Shown here: positions 52,520 to 64,000 of the stretch, piece after piece
Layout: each line of letters begins with the position of its first letter
How positions within the stretch are numbered: position 1 is the stretch's first letter
Source: Octopus vulgaris
Taxonomy: Eukaryota
DNA: 64,000 bases
Reading direction: 5' to 3'
NCBI GenBank assembly: GCA_951406725.2
Contig: OX597818.1
Coordinates: 107,074,001 to 107,138,000, forward strand
The notes under the pieces: generated by a model
What the model was told of the DNA's origin: nothing
Databases searched by the model: none
The model's input: the letters and a program-made list of their open reading frames with translations, nothing else
Made by a program: the position numbers and the translations under genes

Positions 52520-53045
52520 TGGTCCAGTGACATTTCCTCCATGTGCCCCAACATCCTGAGCTCAGTCCTCACCACTTCATCCCATGTCTTTCTGGGTCTC
52601 TCTCTTCCACAGGTGCCATCCACTTTCAGTGACCAACACTTCTTTACACAGCTGTCCCCATTCATGCGCATCACATGTCCAAACTAACAAAGTCTTCTCC
52701 CTTGCATGCTGCATCTGGTTCCTCTTATGCCAGACTTTTCTCTCAATACATTTACGCTTTGTCGTTCATGCACATTGACACTGCACATCAAGCAGAGCAT
52801 ACTGCCTTCATTTATCTCTAGTTTATACATGTCCCCTCCATTCAGAGCCCATGTCTCTCTACCATGGAGTATAGCCGTTCATACACAAGCATCATACAAT
52901 CTACCTTTCTCTCTGAGAGAGTCCTTTTGTTGCCAACAGAGATAACAGCTCTCTGAACTTTACTCATCCTACTCATATTCTAAAAACAATACTTTCAGAG
53001 CATCTAACCCCCCCCCCATTGCTAATTTGGTTACCTAAGTAACAA
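52520..53045 (-). mobile_element. RTE LINE fragment
   Basis: rc [37 protein letters not shown]. Confidence 0.8.
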
Positions 53046-53254
53046 AAAGCTATATATTCCAAATAAATCAACAAAACTCCTTGAAATTCTACCTAAAGTC
53101 GTGTACTTGTCCGATATTTCTCTTCTTTCATGACTTTATAGAAAAGATCTGGACCCCACTTCTTTTTATAAAAATTATTATCGAATAAAAATTGCTTTTC
53201 ACCTATTAATTTCCACTTTGAAACGAAAATACTCCCACTTTTTATATCGTAGCC

Positions 53255-53430
53255 ATATTGAGGCGGTGAGCTGGCAAAGTTGTTAGCAAGTTGGATAATA
53301 TGCTTTATGGTATTTCGCCCGCATTTGCACTCTGAGTTCAAATACTGCCATGGTCAACTTTGCCTTTCGTCCATTTGGGGTCAAGCACTGGTATTCGACT
53401 AGACTCATTCTCCAAAAGTTTCAGCCCTTG
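53255..53430 (+). mobile_element. SINE family E (Nin-like)
   Basis: aggcggtgagctggcaaag..gagttcaaatactgccatggtcaactttgcctttcgtcc. Confidence 0.7.
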
Positions 53431-53849
53431 TGGTTGCATTTATTTTTAAAGAACGTCTTATATAGAAACCAAATCAGAAAAAAATTTTCTAAAAGTGATG
53501 CTTTTTGCAGAGGAGTCTAACATGGCAAAGCTGATTTAAAAAACAAAAGCATCACTCAGATCATTCAAATTTTTTTTTTTTCCGCATTTTATAATTATAA
53601 CTATTTTTCTAAGATAAAACAGCAGTCCACAAATTTTAGGGTTTTTTTTTACTGCTTTCTTGAATTCTTATAGCATCTAATGTTGCACTGTAATAAAAAT
53701 AAAATATACAAGTTAAAATAGATTTTGATCGTTTTTTTTTAATCAAAAAAAGGTGTATTTTTTAAAAAAATTTATTTATTTGAGTCCTATTTTATTTTTT
53801 AAGTGAAAAACATTTCTCAGTATGTAGATATAACTGAAGAAAATTGGTA

Positions 53850-54280
53850 GGATTGTCATCAAATCCTCAATGTCAATGAAACTGGCCTGTTCTGGAAAAA
53901 AATGTCAACTAGAACTTTTCTGGCAAGAAAAGAGGCAACGATATTAGGTTATAAAGCAGCCAAGGATAGATTAATACTTCTACTCAAAGCTAATGCCAAA
54001 GTTGAATGTAAATTAAAACCGATGCTAATTTATTGTACAATGACCCCAAGAGCATTAAAAGGCAGTAACAAGCAATCCCTTTCAGTAATTTGGAAAACAA
54101 ATAAAAGGGCTTGGGTGACAAAGCTGTTGTTTGAAGAATGGTTCAATGTGCATTTTCGTTCCAAATTTGAAAAATATTAAAGAAATAATAATAATTTAGA
54201 TTTTCAAATTATTTTAATTTTAGATAATGCACCTAAGTATCCCACCTCACTTAATGATTTGAATGGCAAATGCAAATAGC
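53850..54280 (+). mobile_element. Tigger/pogo DDE transposase relic
   Basis: NVNETGLFWKKMSTRTF..GYKAAKDRLILLL.ANA...KLKPMLIY..PRALK..W..NKRAWVT..FEEWF..LILDNAP. Confidence 0.88.
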
Positions 54281-54479
54281 TGAATAGGAGAAAAATCTGC
54301 AGACATGCTGTTAAAAACTAAGGACAGACACACATTTGCTGTTAACCATCACAGAGTACAACCAATGGCTATGGAGCAGAGGTCACCATTGGGCTTGGTG
54401 AGACCAAATAGTTTAGCCCAAAAGAAGAGGGGACAAATGTAGGATAGGACACTTGGACAAGAACAAGTTTCCATGTAAG

Positions 54480-54736
54480 CCAACTTTTCCATCTTTGGAG
54501 AGAAAGAGTTAAGGAATATCTCTAATAAAGGATATTAGTAGTTACCAGTTCATTGAAGAATTAAAGAACATTCTTAGTGAAAGATAAATGTAGTTGGCAC
54601 TTTCATGATCAGAGAAATAAGGAAATCCTTAGTGAAAGTTAAAAGTAGTTCACAGTTCCATTGCTAAAGGATCAAGGAATATCCTTAGTAAGTAAGACAA
54701 AAGAAGTTCCTCGTTCCATCTTCGAAGAGAAAGTTA
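54480..54736. repeat. Diverged ~55-bp tandem repeat
   Basis: Repeated aaggaatatccttagtgaaag..agtagtt..ttccat units. Confidence 0.6.
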
Positions 54737-54744
54737 ACACATAT

Positions 54745-55400
54745 CACAGGAAACTTTGTAAATCTCAGAAAAGAATTTGCTGAAGAATATGGTGCAGAAA
54801 TAAGTCAGCAGTTTAAATGATGAGTTAATTTCCTATCTGATACCATACAAAATGAAATCCTAGAGGCATATGCTCATAACACCCCACATGAGGTGAGAAA
54901 AGAAGTTGAAGATTCCATGTTTATTGATATTCAATGTGATTGCTCTGGCATGGAACAAGAATCAATTATTGTCATTATGTTTCTGAAAACTAGGATGTCC
55001 ATGAAGATTTCTTTGGCTTTTTAACCCTCCTGACTACACTTCGGAGACATTGACTACGGTTATTCTGGATGTTTTTTGTTTCCTTAACATTTCTCTGGAC
55101 TCAAAATTATGCTGTTTTAGTCTTTAATGGTGCATGTACTATGAGCAGAAATATTTCAGGCTTACAAAAGAAATTAAAAGACATGTTGCCTGGTACATAT
55201 TTTGTACACTGCAGAAACTACTCTCTGGACTTTGTCCTCCAAGCAGTTGGATCTACAGTTTCCATGGTCACTGATGCATTGAACTTTGTTCACCAAATCA
55301 CCATTCTTCTGAAAGCACTATTGACCAGCCTTTGTGATGGAAATGACTTCATGCTGCAAGCCTGTGTCTGCTGCATCAAGTAATAGAATGTTCAGCATGC
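54745..55400 (+). mobile_element. hAT (ZMYM1-like) transposase relic
   Basis: GNFVNL, TIQNEIL, MEQESI, VHEDFFGF, FNGACTMSRNISGLQKKL..YFVHCRNYSLDFVL. Confidence 0.8.
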
Positions 55401-55719
55401 TTCGTTGTTTGAAGATCTGACTCCGTGCCACAATGACATAACACCATCTGACACACTGTGCTGAAATGCCTGTACTTAAAATCATGTGTAATACAAAGAC
55501 TTTGGACATCCTCTTGGAAAACTTCATCTCCAAAATGAGCGAATATAGAAAAACTTTGGGAATGATTTGAATAATTATTTTTCCATGTAAAATAATAATA
55601 AATATTATCATACTTCTGTTTGTTTTAACATTAAGATTGAAAAAAAATCAGCCTTGATTGCAAAAAGAATTGTACCTGAGTTTGCACCCACCTAAGCAAA
55701 TTTTGTTCCTGGGTCACTG

Positions 55720-56005
55720 GACTTGATAGAGGGAAACTGAAAAAAGCCTACCGTATATATATGTGTGTGTGTGTATGTGTGTGTGTGTGCGTGTGTCTTT
55801 GTGTCAGTGTTTGCCTTTCACCAATGCTTGACTACCAGCGTTGGTGTATTTATATTCCTATAACTTAGCAGTTCAGCATGAGAGACCAAAAAAATAAGCA
55901 CCAGGCTTTAAAAAAGTATTGGAGCAGATTCCTTGGACTAAAAATTATTTAAGGTGGTGCCTCAGCATGGCCACAATCTTCTGACTGAAAGAAATAAAAG
56001 ATAAA
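55720..56005 (+). mobile_element. SINE family A, 5'-truncated
   Basis: Body and tail match. Confidence 0.75.
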
Positions 56006-56244
56006 AAATGAAATGTGTACTCTTCGGTACCAAATAATCGTACAAAATATATAAGAAAGCAAAAAAACAAACTTGTAAATTGACTAAATATGTTTCTTGT
56101 CTAAATCTGTCTGACTCTGAGGAGGGCCTCAGGAAATTCCTCTGAAGAGGCAAGTTTTTAATCTGCTGCACAGAGCAGTAAAAACATCAGCACTTCAAGA
56201 GAAAAAATGGTAACAACATGTCTGCTGGCTTAACAAGGCTGGAA

Positions 56245-56572
56245 GGCAAGCAGTAAAATATCTGCTTTCTCTGTCTTGACCTCTCACTCAGTTTTGGTCC
56301 TTCATTTTGACACTCCTTTCTCAAAAATAATAGAATACAAAGAAAATAACATTACTGCTCTTGCTATTTCTGAAAGCAAGCAGTAAAGAATTTGCTTCCC
56401 TTTACCTTTTTTTCACCTGTTTATTTTGTCTCTCTTTCTGATGCTCCATTCTCCAAGAGAATAATAGAATACAAAGAGACTAGTACCATTGCTCTTACTG
56501 ATTATAATGGAAAGCAGAAAAATTTGCTTGTTTGTTTTGTCCTTCTTGTTGACATTCCCTCCTCAAAAGAAC
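56245..56572. repeat. Diverged ~135-bp tandem repeat (2-3 units)
   Basis: aataatagaatacaaaga..ctctt..aagcag.aa..aatttgctt repeated. Confidence 0.6.
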
Positions 56573-56800
56573 AGGAAAGCAATTAATTCACAGCTTTTCC
56601 TTCTTTTCTCGCAAAGTAAACAGGGACTTTCACTACTTTCACTTATCAAATGATTTCAATTGTTTACTATTTAGAATAAGAAATGAAGGAATACAATACA
56701 AAAGTAAATATGACTACAATGAATCTAATGAAAATCATAGACAAAAATCATTTATTGTGGAAAAATAGTAAGGCATGCAGCTCATACATAGACTCTTTGC

Positions 56801-56836
<36 letters not shown>

Positions 56837-56839
56837 CAC

Positions 56840-57336
56840 AATGGCTGTATGGTGTGTGGTTAGAAGCTTGCTCTCCAGCCACATGGTTTTGGGTTTAGTC
56901 CCACTGCGTGTCACCTCAGGTAGGTGTCTTCTACTCTAGCGTCAGGCTGACCAAAACCTTGTGAGTGAATTTGGTAGGCAGAATCTGAAAGAAACCTGTC
57001 ATATATACAGATATAGGCATCAAACTCAGCAATGACACTCTGGTCTCATGCCATTTCCACTCTACTGGTCATTCACTACAACACCTGTCTGTGTTCAGAC
57101 TGTCTTAGCCTTGGGACCATCTAGACTGCCGCCTTCATTGTGAACAGGAATTGATCTTCTCTCTTCACTCCTTTGCACCACACGGGCTCAACTCCCCTCC
57201 TCTCTTCATCTGACACTTACTTCCTCTCTTCACTCCTACCCTCCTATCTTCATTGATATATATACATACATACATATATATATACATATATATATATATA
57301 TGTGGGTGTGTGTGTGTATACGTATATATATATGTA

Positions 57337-57383
<47 letters not shown>

Positions 57384-57572
57384 GTATGTATTTGTGTGTC
57401 TGTGTTTGTCCACCCACTGATGTCACCGTAATTTAGTGGTTCAGCAAAAGAGACTGATAGAATAAGTACTAGGCTTCCAAAGAATAAGTCCTGGGGTCGA
57501 TTTATTCGACTAAATGCAGTGCTCCAACATGGCTGCAGTTAAATGACTGAAACAAGTAAAAGAATAAAAGAA
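56840..57572 (+). mobile_element. SINE family A split by a Penelope fragment
   Basis: Head 56840-57000, tail about 57390-57572. Confidence 0.8.
57016..57255 (+). mobile_element. Penelope GIY-YIG C-terminal fragment
   Basis: [41 protein letters not shown] fits the HF..H..R..E..I..L...P.GLN C-terminus. Confidence 0.75.
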
Positions 57573-59142
57573 TATATTTTATCTATCTAGTTATAGGGAT
57601 GGAATCTCTAACAGGATGTGACCTCAAAGTCGAAATGAACATTATCAAAACACTTGAGTCAGACACTTATTTTTGCCATTCCTCTTAATAACATGATTTA
57701 AAAGGAAAAACCCAGCTGAATGATGTCTATCCTGTTTCTTTTCCAATTAAATGAGGTAATAAATTTCAGAAAAATATACCCCCCCAAAGAAATTATTTAC
57801 CTTTCTTTACCAAATAATTTGTTGTTTATGTGATGCAGTACCTTGAAGGTAGCATATGCCATTTGTCTAATGATATTTGTATATATTTAATTTTTGTATT
57901 TTTATTGGGAATGTTAAACCTTAAGGATGGTAAGGTAATAGGAATCTAAGCTACTCAACAAAGGGCTGTTATTTCACAGCCTATCACTCCGACTGCTTTG
58001 TGTTTGTGGTAACATTCAACGTCTACGATCTAGATGCAAGCAAGTTCTAGAGAGTAATTCAAAAGTTTTCTATTATGGTCTAAAGAAAAATGAGTTTACT
58101 AAACATCATTTTTTTAACAGTATTGATATTAACTTGTTTAACTGTGGTTCTATTTTAAAGTGTCCATTCATACCTAAGTTAAAACTTTACATCATAATTT
58201 TTTTTTAGAAACTTTTGTTATGTTCAAAGCACCATCTTGATGTAAATACTATTGTAAAAGTGAATGTTGTATTAGAACACAAAATACTGCAAGAGTGCTT
58301 ATATGCACCAAAAATAATATGAGAGTTTCTCTCATGGTAGCTATCACAGTATTTTGTGTTCTAACACAATATCCACTTTTAAGAGGGATAAATATTAACC
58401 TTTTGGTATGAATACTACTTCTGTTGCTAATAATTATTTTTTAATGAGCCCACAAGCTATATGCAACTCTGTGATTCTATGTATTTCACCAGCCGAGATA
58501 TCGCTGTTGTCTCTAGCCCCAAGTGTGATAGAGCCAAGAAAGCCTGAAATCACATGATCTGGTAGTGACAGCGGTGATGATGGTGGATGATTTATTTCCC
58601 AGCTATTGGTGTATACAAGAATGCTTATATGCACCAAAAGCCAATATGAGAGTTTCTCTCATGGCAACTACAGCAGTATTTTCTGTTCTAATACAACATC
58701 CACTTTTAAGCGGGGATAAATATAACTAGAACCATGTATCTTGTACCCTTCTAGTCATCTTTTCCACTACCATTAACCTCTTTCAAGAACAAAAAGAAAT
58801 AAGATATGTTGGTGCTGAGCAATATCACCGTCTTTCGTAAGCTGACACAGTATAGATATAGAAAATTTGGAGAATTCATATGATACAAGAAAACGTGGTG
58901 GCTAGGCTTTCATATCTATTGTTTGAACTTTATATATGCTTCAATTTTACCTACATTGTATTTGAAACAGATCAAAATTCTATCAGAAGGAAGAAAAACT
59001 TGCAAATCCAAGATTTTACTATTCCAGTTTTGCTTGAGCATTCTCCAGTCATTTATTACCTGTCTGTGTTTAGCCCATTGAAATTGAGCTTCTATTCCAT
59101 TATATTCAGCTTTGACCCTGAAGCATGCATGAGTGTATGAAT

Positions 59143-59552
59143 CTCTTTACTCTCTTTTACTTGTTTCAGTCAGTTGACTGCGGCCATGCTGGAGCACCAC
59201 CTTTAGTCGAGCAACTCGACCCTGAGACTTATTCTTTGTAAGCCCAGTACTTATTCTATCAGTCTCTTTTGCCCAACCCCTAAGTGACGGGGACATAAAC
59301 ACACCAGCATCGGTTGTTTAGCAATTCTAGGGGGACAAACACAGACACACAAACACGCACACACACATATATATATATACATATATACGACAGGTTTCTT
59401 TCAGTTTCCGTCTACCAAATCCACTCACAAGGCATTGGTCGGCCCGGGGCTATAGCAGAAGACACTTGCCCAAGATGCCACGCAGTGGGACTGAACCCGC
59501 AACCATGTGGTTGGTTAGCAAGCTACATACCACACAGCCACTCCTGCGCCTA
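59143..59552 (-). mobile_element. SINE family A, full length
   Basis: Reverse complement of family A with CpGs preserved. Confidence 0.9.
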
Positions 59553-60030
59553 TCTTTTCTTTTTTTTTTTTTTTTATTAAATTATGACTGGTTAAATGAA
59601 GCAGCAACAAGCAAGTCTTGTCAGTCCCTCATCATGGACCCAGCAGACAAAATGAAAACGGCACTGCCCTGGAGGATGGCATGGGAGATGTGCTGGAACA
59701 GCCACTCTGACTCACAGGTCTTGCACTTACAGATAGCTATCTCCACCCTGATAGTGGTGAGCGGGGATGTGGTCCAGGGGCTGAGAATGCCAGAGGTCTC
59801 CACTACCACAGGCACAACCGCAAATCTATCAGAGTGGCCTTTACTATGACAGTTTCCCTTTCTTAGCCTGACGAGCAGTGAAGCCTGCACTGACAGCTAA
59901 ACACACTATGTTGCCACTGGAGGTGGGTGTCACAGCATGTGGCATCCCAGATGAGGGCCTTCCATTGTGGAATGAGAAAATTGTCTTGCTATCTGGCTTT
60001 TTACCATCCCCTTGGTCTGGAATAAACAAA
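59553..60030 (-). mobile_element. CRE-like non-LTR retrotransposon 3' end (RLE domain + poly(A))
   Basis: GDGKKPDS.T.F.F..G/IWDATCCDT..AG..A..A...K/FAVVPVVVETSG..ESEWLFQHISHAILQGSAVFIL; poly(A) at 59555-59575. Confidence 0.75.
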
Positions 60031-60287
60031 ATCCAACTTCAAACTTGAAAGATGGACACTCAACCTGCTAGAAATAGCAACCAAAGCTCCCTCAAATCAC
60101 ACCCTGCACTTTTCAAATATATTGGACAAGGTAGTTTATACATCTTGTATCTGGAAAAAGTCTGGACCATCATAGCTAGAAACCTTTGATCATGTGTCTA
60201 ATCAATCAAGTCTAATCAGGAGCTAAACAGCAATCATTCAAACATTCCAATTCAAAGTAATATACTATTATTTATTTTTATGTAGTA

Positions 60288-60685
60288 CTAGCAGTATCGC
60301 CCGGCGTTGCTCGGGTTTGTAAGGGAAATAACTATATAAGCATTTTTAGAGAGTTATAGCCAAAAAATAGCAAAAAAATGCATTAAAAATGGAAAAAAAA
60401 TTGATGGTAAATTTTTTTTTAAATCGTTCACTCATCGTAGACATTTTTAGAGAGTTACTTCCCTTATATAATAGCGAAAAATGCATTAAAATGGAAAAAA
60501 ATGATGGTAAATTTTTTTTAAAATTGTAGACTCATCGTAGACGCGCGCTAATACCTAGAAGGGCTTGATATGAATCACGACTATAAGATACCCGGTTTTG
60601 GTTAAACTGCACCGCAAAATGTGGGAGTAGTTAGGAATCTAAATCGTAGGAGACAGACACACAACTTCACTTTTATATATAAAGA
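60288..60685 (-). mobile_element. Non-autonomous Helitron
   Basis: Minus strand a|TC...CCCGAGCAACGCCGGG hairpin-cgatactg-CTAG|t; inserted between A and T; internal ~100-bp tandem duplication. Confidence 0.85.
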
Positions 60686-61382
60686 TTTGACAGTCTACTT
60701 TTAATCAACTAACCCATCCAAAGTTAATGTCTGACAAAATTACATTTCTATGAAAAGTAGTTTCCCTGCTGTGTTGAGTCCCAATTTCCATTTTGCTTTC
60801 TTTTTCTTCTCAAACCAGATATGCCACTTATGTTGTGCTTACTCATTTCCTAGTGCTTAATGACATCAAAGGATCGAAAAAAAATCCATTGTTCATTATT
60901 GTTTTAGTTTCATTTTCACTATAATTTACATAGTATTACAGCTGAGGTATTTAACCCCATCCTATTTTCCTCAGGTCATTGTCAGCTATAATAAGTATAA
61001 TCCAAATAACAAACATCATTGGCACTTAGCTATCTAAAGTGTCTCTAAATTACAATTGTGATTGGCTTCAGATAATAGTACAAGCATCCCTATGGTAAAT
61101 AATGTTAGAAAACAAGTTACCACTCTATTTAACAATGTATTTTATCTTTTATCTGTTTTATTCATTGAAGCACAGTCATGCTGGAGCATTGCCTTTGAAA
61201 GATTTGCTCAAAGAAATCCACCCCACTCCTAGTACTTACTTTTTATTAAAGTCTGGTCTTGAAAGTCATCTGAGAGCTTATCAATGAAGTGATTGTGGTG
61301 TGTGATGAGGTGTGGTGTGTGTGTTGATGGGCCGGTTATCATCTGTTAAGATGGAGCAATCATCATATCATATATATATATA

Positions 61383-62040
61383 TATCAATAGTTATCGCCA
61401 TACTAATATGGCAGTCTATAAATAAGACTAAAGCTGTCGCTAATTAGCTCCAAGAGGCTGTCGCCTCTAGCTAGCTATATGACACACGAACCTGCGTCCA
61501 TTACAACCTTCGAAAAGGGGAGGTCAGCCGCTTCACCTTGCTAGTCAGACATTTGCAGACATGTTTCAGGGTTGTTGCCCTTTATCAATGCAACGTAGTC
61601 AGAACCAGCAGGTGTCGCTACTGACCGTCTGTTCGAAGATTTTATTTACCTAGTTACAGTGGAATACATCCACTTGTTTTCAATAATAGAAATATTAAAA
61701 TTACTAGGTCTCTCTGGAGGAGATTATGGCAGCGTTGCTGGATGTTGATAGTTATCGCCATACTAGTGTGGCAGTCTGTAGATGAGACTGGGGCTGTCGC
61801 TGATTGGCTCCGGGGGGCCGTCGCCTCTGGCTGGCTATAAGACACATGAACCTGTTCGAAGGTTGTAATGGACGCAGGTTCATGTGTCATATAGCTAGCT
61901 GGAGGCGGTGGCCTCTTGGAGCTGATCAGCGACAGCTTTAGTCCTATTTGTGGACTGTCATGTTGGTGTGGCGATGACTATTGGTGTCCAATGGTGCTGC
62001 CGTGGTCTCCTTTGGAGAGGCTTAGTAGTTTTAATATTTC

Positions 62041-62046
<6 letters not shown>
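61383..62046. mobile_element. Penelope-like terminal-repeat composite: direct copy + hammerhead relic + A->G-hypermutated hairpin
   Basis: 61388-61494 is repeated at 61748-61854 (offset 360); 61683-61854 is the rc of 61876-62046; (TA)n on both sides. Confidence 0.85.
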
Positions 62047-62076
<30 letters not shown>

Positions 62077-62534
62077 CAAAAATGAAATTCAAAATATATT
62101 CAATCTACAAATGTCTTGATCAACAAAAGAAAACATCTGAGTCATTAAACTTTTTTAGTGGATGTAGATTGTAATATATGATGTGACAATATAACACACA
62201 ATAGAGTTTAGGGATATCTTTTGGGGGTCATAGCTAGAAAATACATTTTATATATTCTCTGATAAATAAAATCAATACAGCGCTGAGAAAGTTTACATAA
62301 GAAAAAGTAAACTAAGTTAAGGGTCCCAAAATATAAAATATTTTGTCAAAAATCTATGGAAGATTGAATTAAATGGAGACTTCATTTCTTTCGAACTTAA
62401 AATACAATGCTATAAAGTAGCACAATTTCCTAAAATTGATGATTGCAACATCAGTCATCAATATTTTGGCTCCTGGTTTTAATAATTTCTACAGAAATCT
62501 GATAAGATATTGAGCAGATGGAACTACTCACAAC

Positions 62535-62900
62535 ATAGGCACAGGTGCAGCTATGTGGTAAGAAGTTCGCTTCGAAACCACATGGTTACATGTTCAGTCC
62601 CACTGCATGGCACCTTGGGTTAATGTCTTCTACTATAGCTTGGGCTGACCAAAGACTTGTGAGTGGATTTGGTTGGCAGAAACTGAAAAACTAAAGAAGC
62701 AAGTACCAGTTATGCACTGAGGTCGATGTAATCAACTTAATCCCTTTGTCTCTCCTTGTTTGTCCCCTCTATGTTTAGCCCCTTGTGGGCAATAAAGAAA
62801 TAAGAAACTGTGGTTCAATTAGTTCAACAAAAATTCCTCAAGACAGTACTCCAGCATGGCCACAGTCTAACAAGTGAAACAAGTAAAAAACATAAAAGAT
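62535..62900 (+). mobile_element. SINE family A head and tail with a nested different SINE 3' end (62700-62807)
   Basis: Family A head, then aagtaccagttatgcactgaggtcgat..aataaagaaataagaaa, then the family A tail. Confidence 0.7.
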
Positions 62901-63114
62901 ACTGAAGTAAAACTATACAATCTTTACTTTAAGAAAACTTAAGAACAATTTAGAAAATAAAAAATTATATTGATGTTTAAAGGTTCAGATGTGGAACCCA
63001 AAAAATCTGTTCTATAACTACTCCTGAGCAGAATTAGCTGTTATATTGTTTGGGCTATGGTAATGGTAAAATTTCATTTAATCTGTATCTCTCTCTCCAT
63101 GCACACATAAAACC

Positions 63115-63153
<39 letters not shown>

Positions 63154-64000
63154 AGAACAATCTTACTTAGAAAGGGATGCGTGTGCTCCATCATATAATA
63201 TATTAATAAATAAAACATATGCATATATATATACATATATGTACGTACCTACCTCTACATGTATATATACATGCATATATGAGTACACGACACCAAAAAA
63301 ACGTTGAACACAATGAGAAACGAAAACATAGACACAAACCCAAGGAACTGGACATTTTTCTTAAACAACAAAAAAATAGAGTACAGGACAAATAACACAA
63401 GGAAGAAAAACCCCTTCTTCAGTCGCCATGGTTTCATTTACTCTACGTTTTGAAGGTGAAGGCGAGACGTATATATAGAAAGACACACGTGGATGGGCAG
63501 GGGAAGGTAAATGAACCTCATTCATATTTTGAATTCGGCAGTACTAACACTGAACATGATCTGTCTGATACCGTTAGGTGGAGAGATATGTTCAATTATT
63601 CCAGTACCCTCGAATTTGGTATTTCAATATTTAATTATTGAGGAATGCCATGCTGATGTGGAAAATGGTTCGTAAAGTATAATTTTATATTCTTCATTCC
63701 AACCTAATTCCGAAACGCGTATCCATGGATGACCAGATATTGATTGATTTTCGTTACTTTCCTCTCTGCCTGTGTAGATTGTTTTCAAGTATTTTGGTTT
63801 CTCTGGGAGTCCCTTTTTAAAGTAGAAGAAATAGCTAAGGTTTTGGCTGCTATTTCTAAACTTCGGTGTGTAGTAAAGCAAATTTTTGCTGAACCCTCTA
63901 ATTATTAAGTATATATATATATATATATATATATCAAACCAAATCAAAATAGATGAACATCAATGGAATATGTATCTTTGTGGTACCAGTGCTGGTGGCA

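Noticed and set aside
61683-62046. APOBEC-type C->T or CpG decay as the cause of the G.T mismatches
   Set aside because: The adjacent copy at 61388 has A at the affected sites in both orientations and the sites are mostly not CpG; a family consensus is still needed to be final
684-63947. Many ORFs with HT/VC/YI/poly-H/poly-L/poly-N runs (e.g. 8731-9225, 20834-21227, 32082-32558, 44325-44799)
   Set aside because: Translations of microsatellites; no coding signal

Overview
AT-rich, repeat-saturated eukaryotic non-coding DNA (large intron or intergenic region). The SINE/LINE families and the dense (TA)n/(CA)n/(ATAC)n/(CAT)n microsatellites resemble those I recall from Octopus, so the coleoid cephalopod origin is an inference. 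No intact protein-coding gene is visible; almost all listed ORFs are microsatellite or chance ORFs. The window holds many tRNA-derived SINEs, 5'-truncated RTE LINEs, two decayed Penelope-like elements (RT, one with GIY-YIG), a CR1/L2-like 3' end, a CRE-type RLE retrotransposon 3' end, relics of maT (DD37D), mariner, Tigger and hAT transposases, and a non-autonomous Helitron. It also holds several fold-back elements, some carrying minimal hammerhead-ribozyme relics. The most striking signal is at 61383-62046: both arms of a ~170-bp hairpin carry dense, same-strand A->G changes relative to an adjacent unedited copy. This looks like an ADAR-hyper-edited RNA written back into the genome. One weak candidate first coding exon lies at 44804-44972 (-). 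Boundaries are by eye and approximate unless stated.
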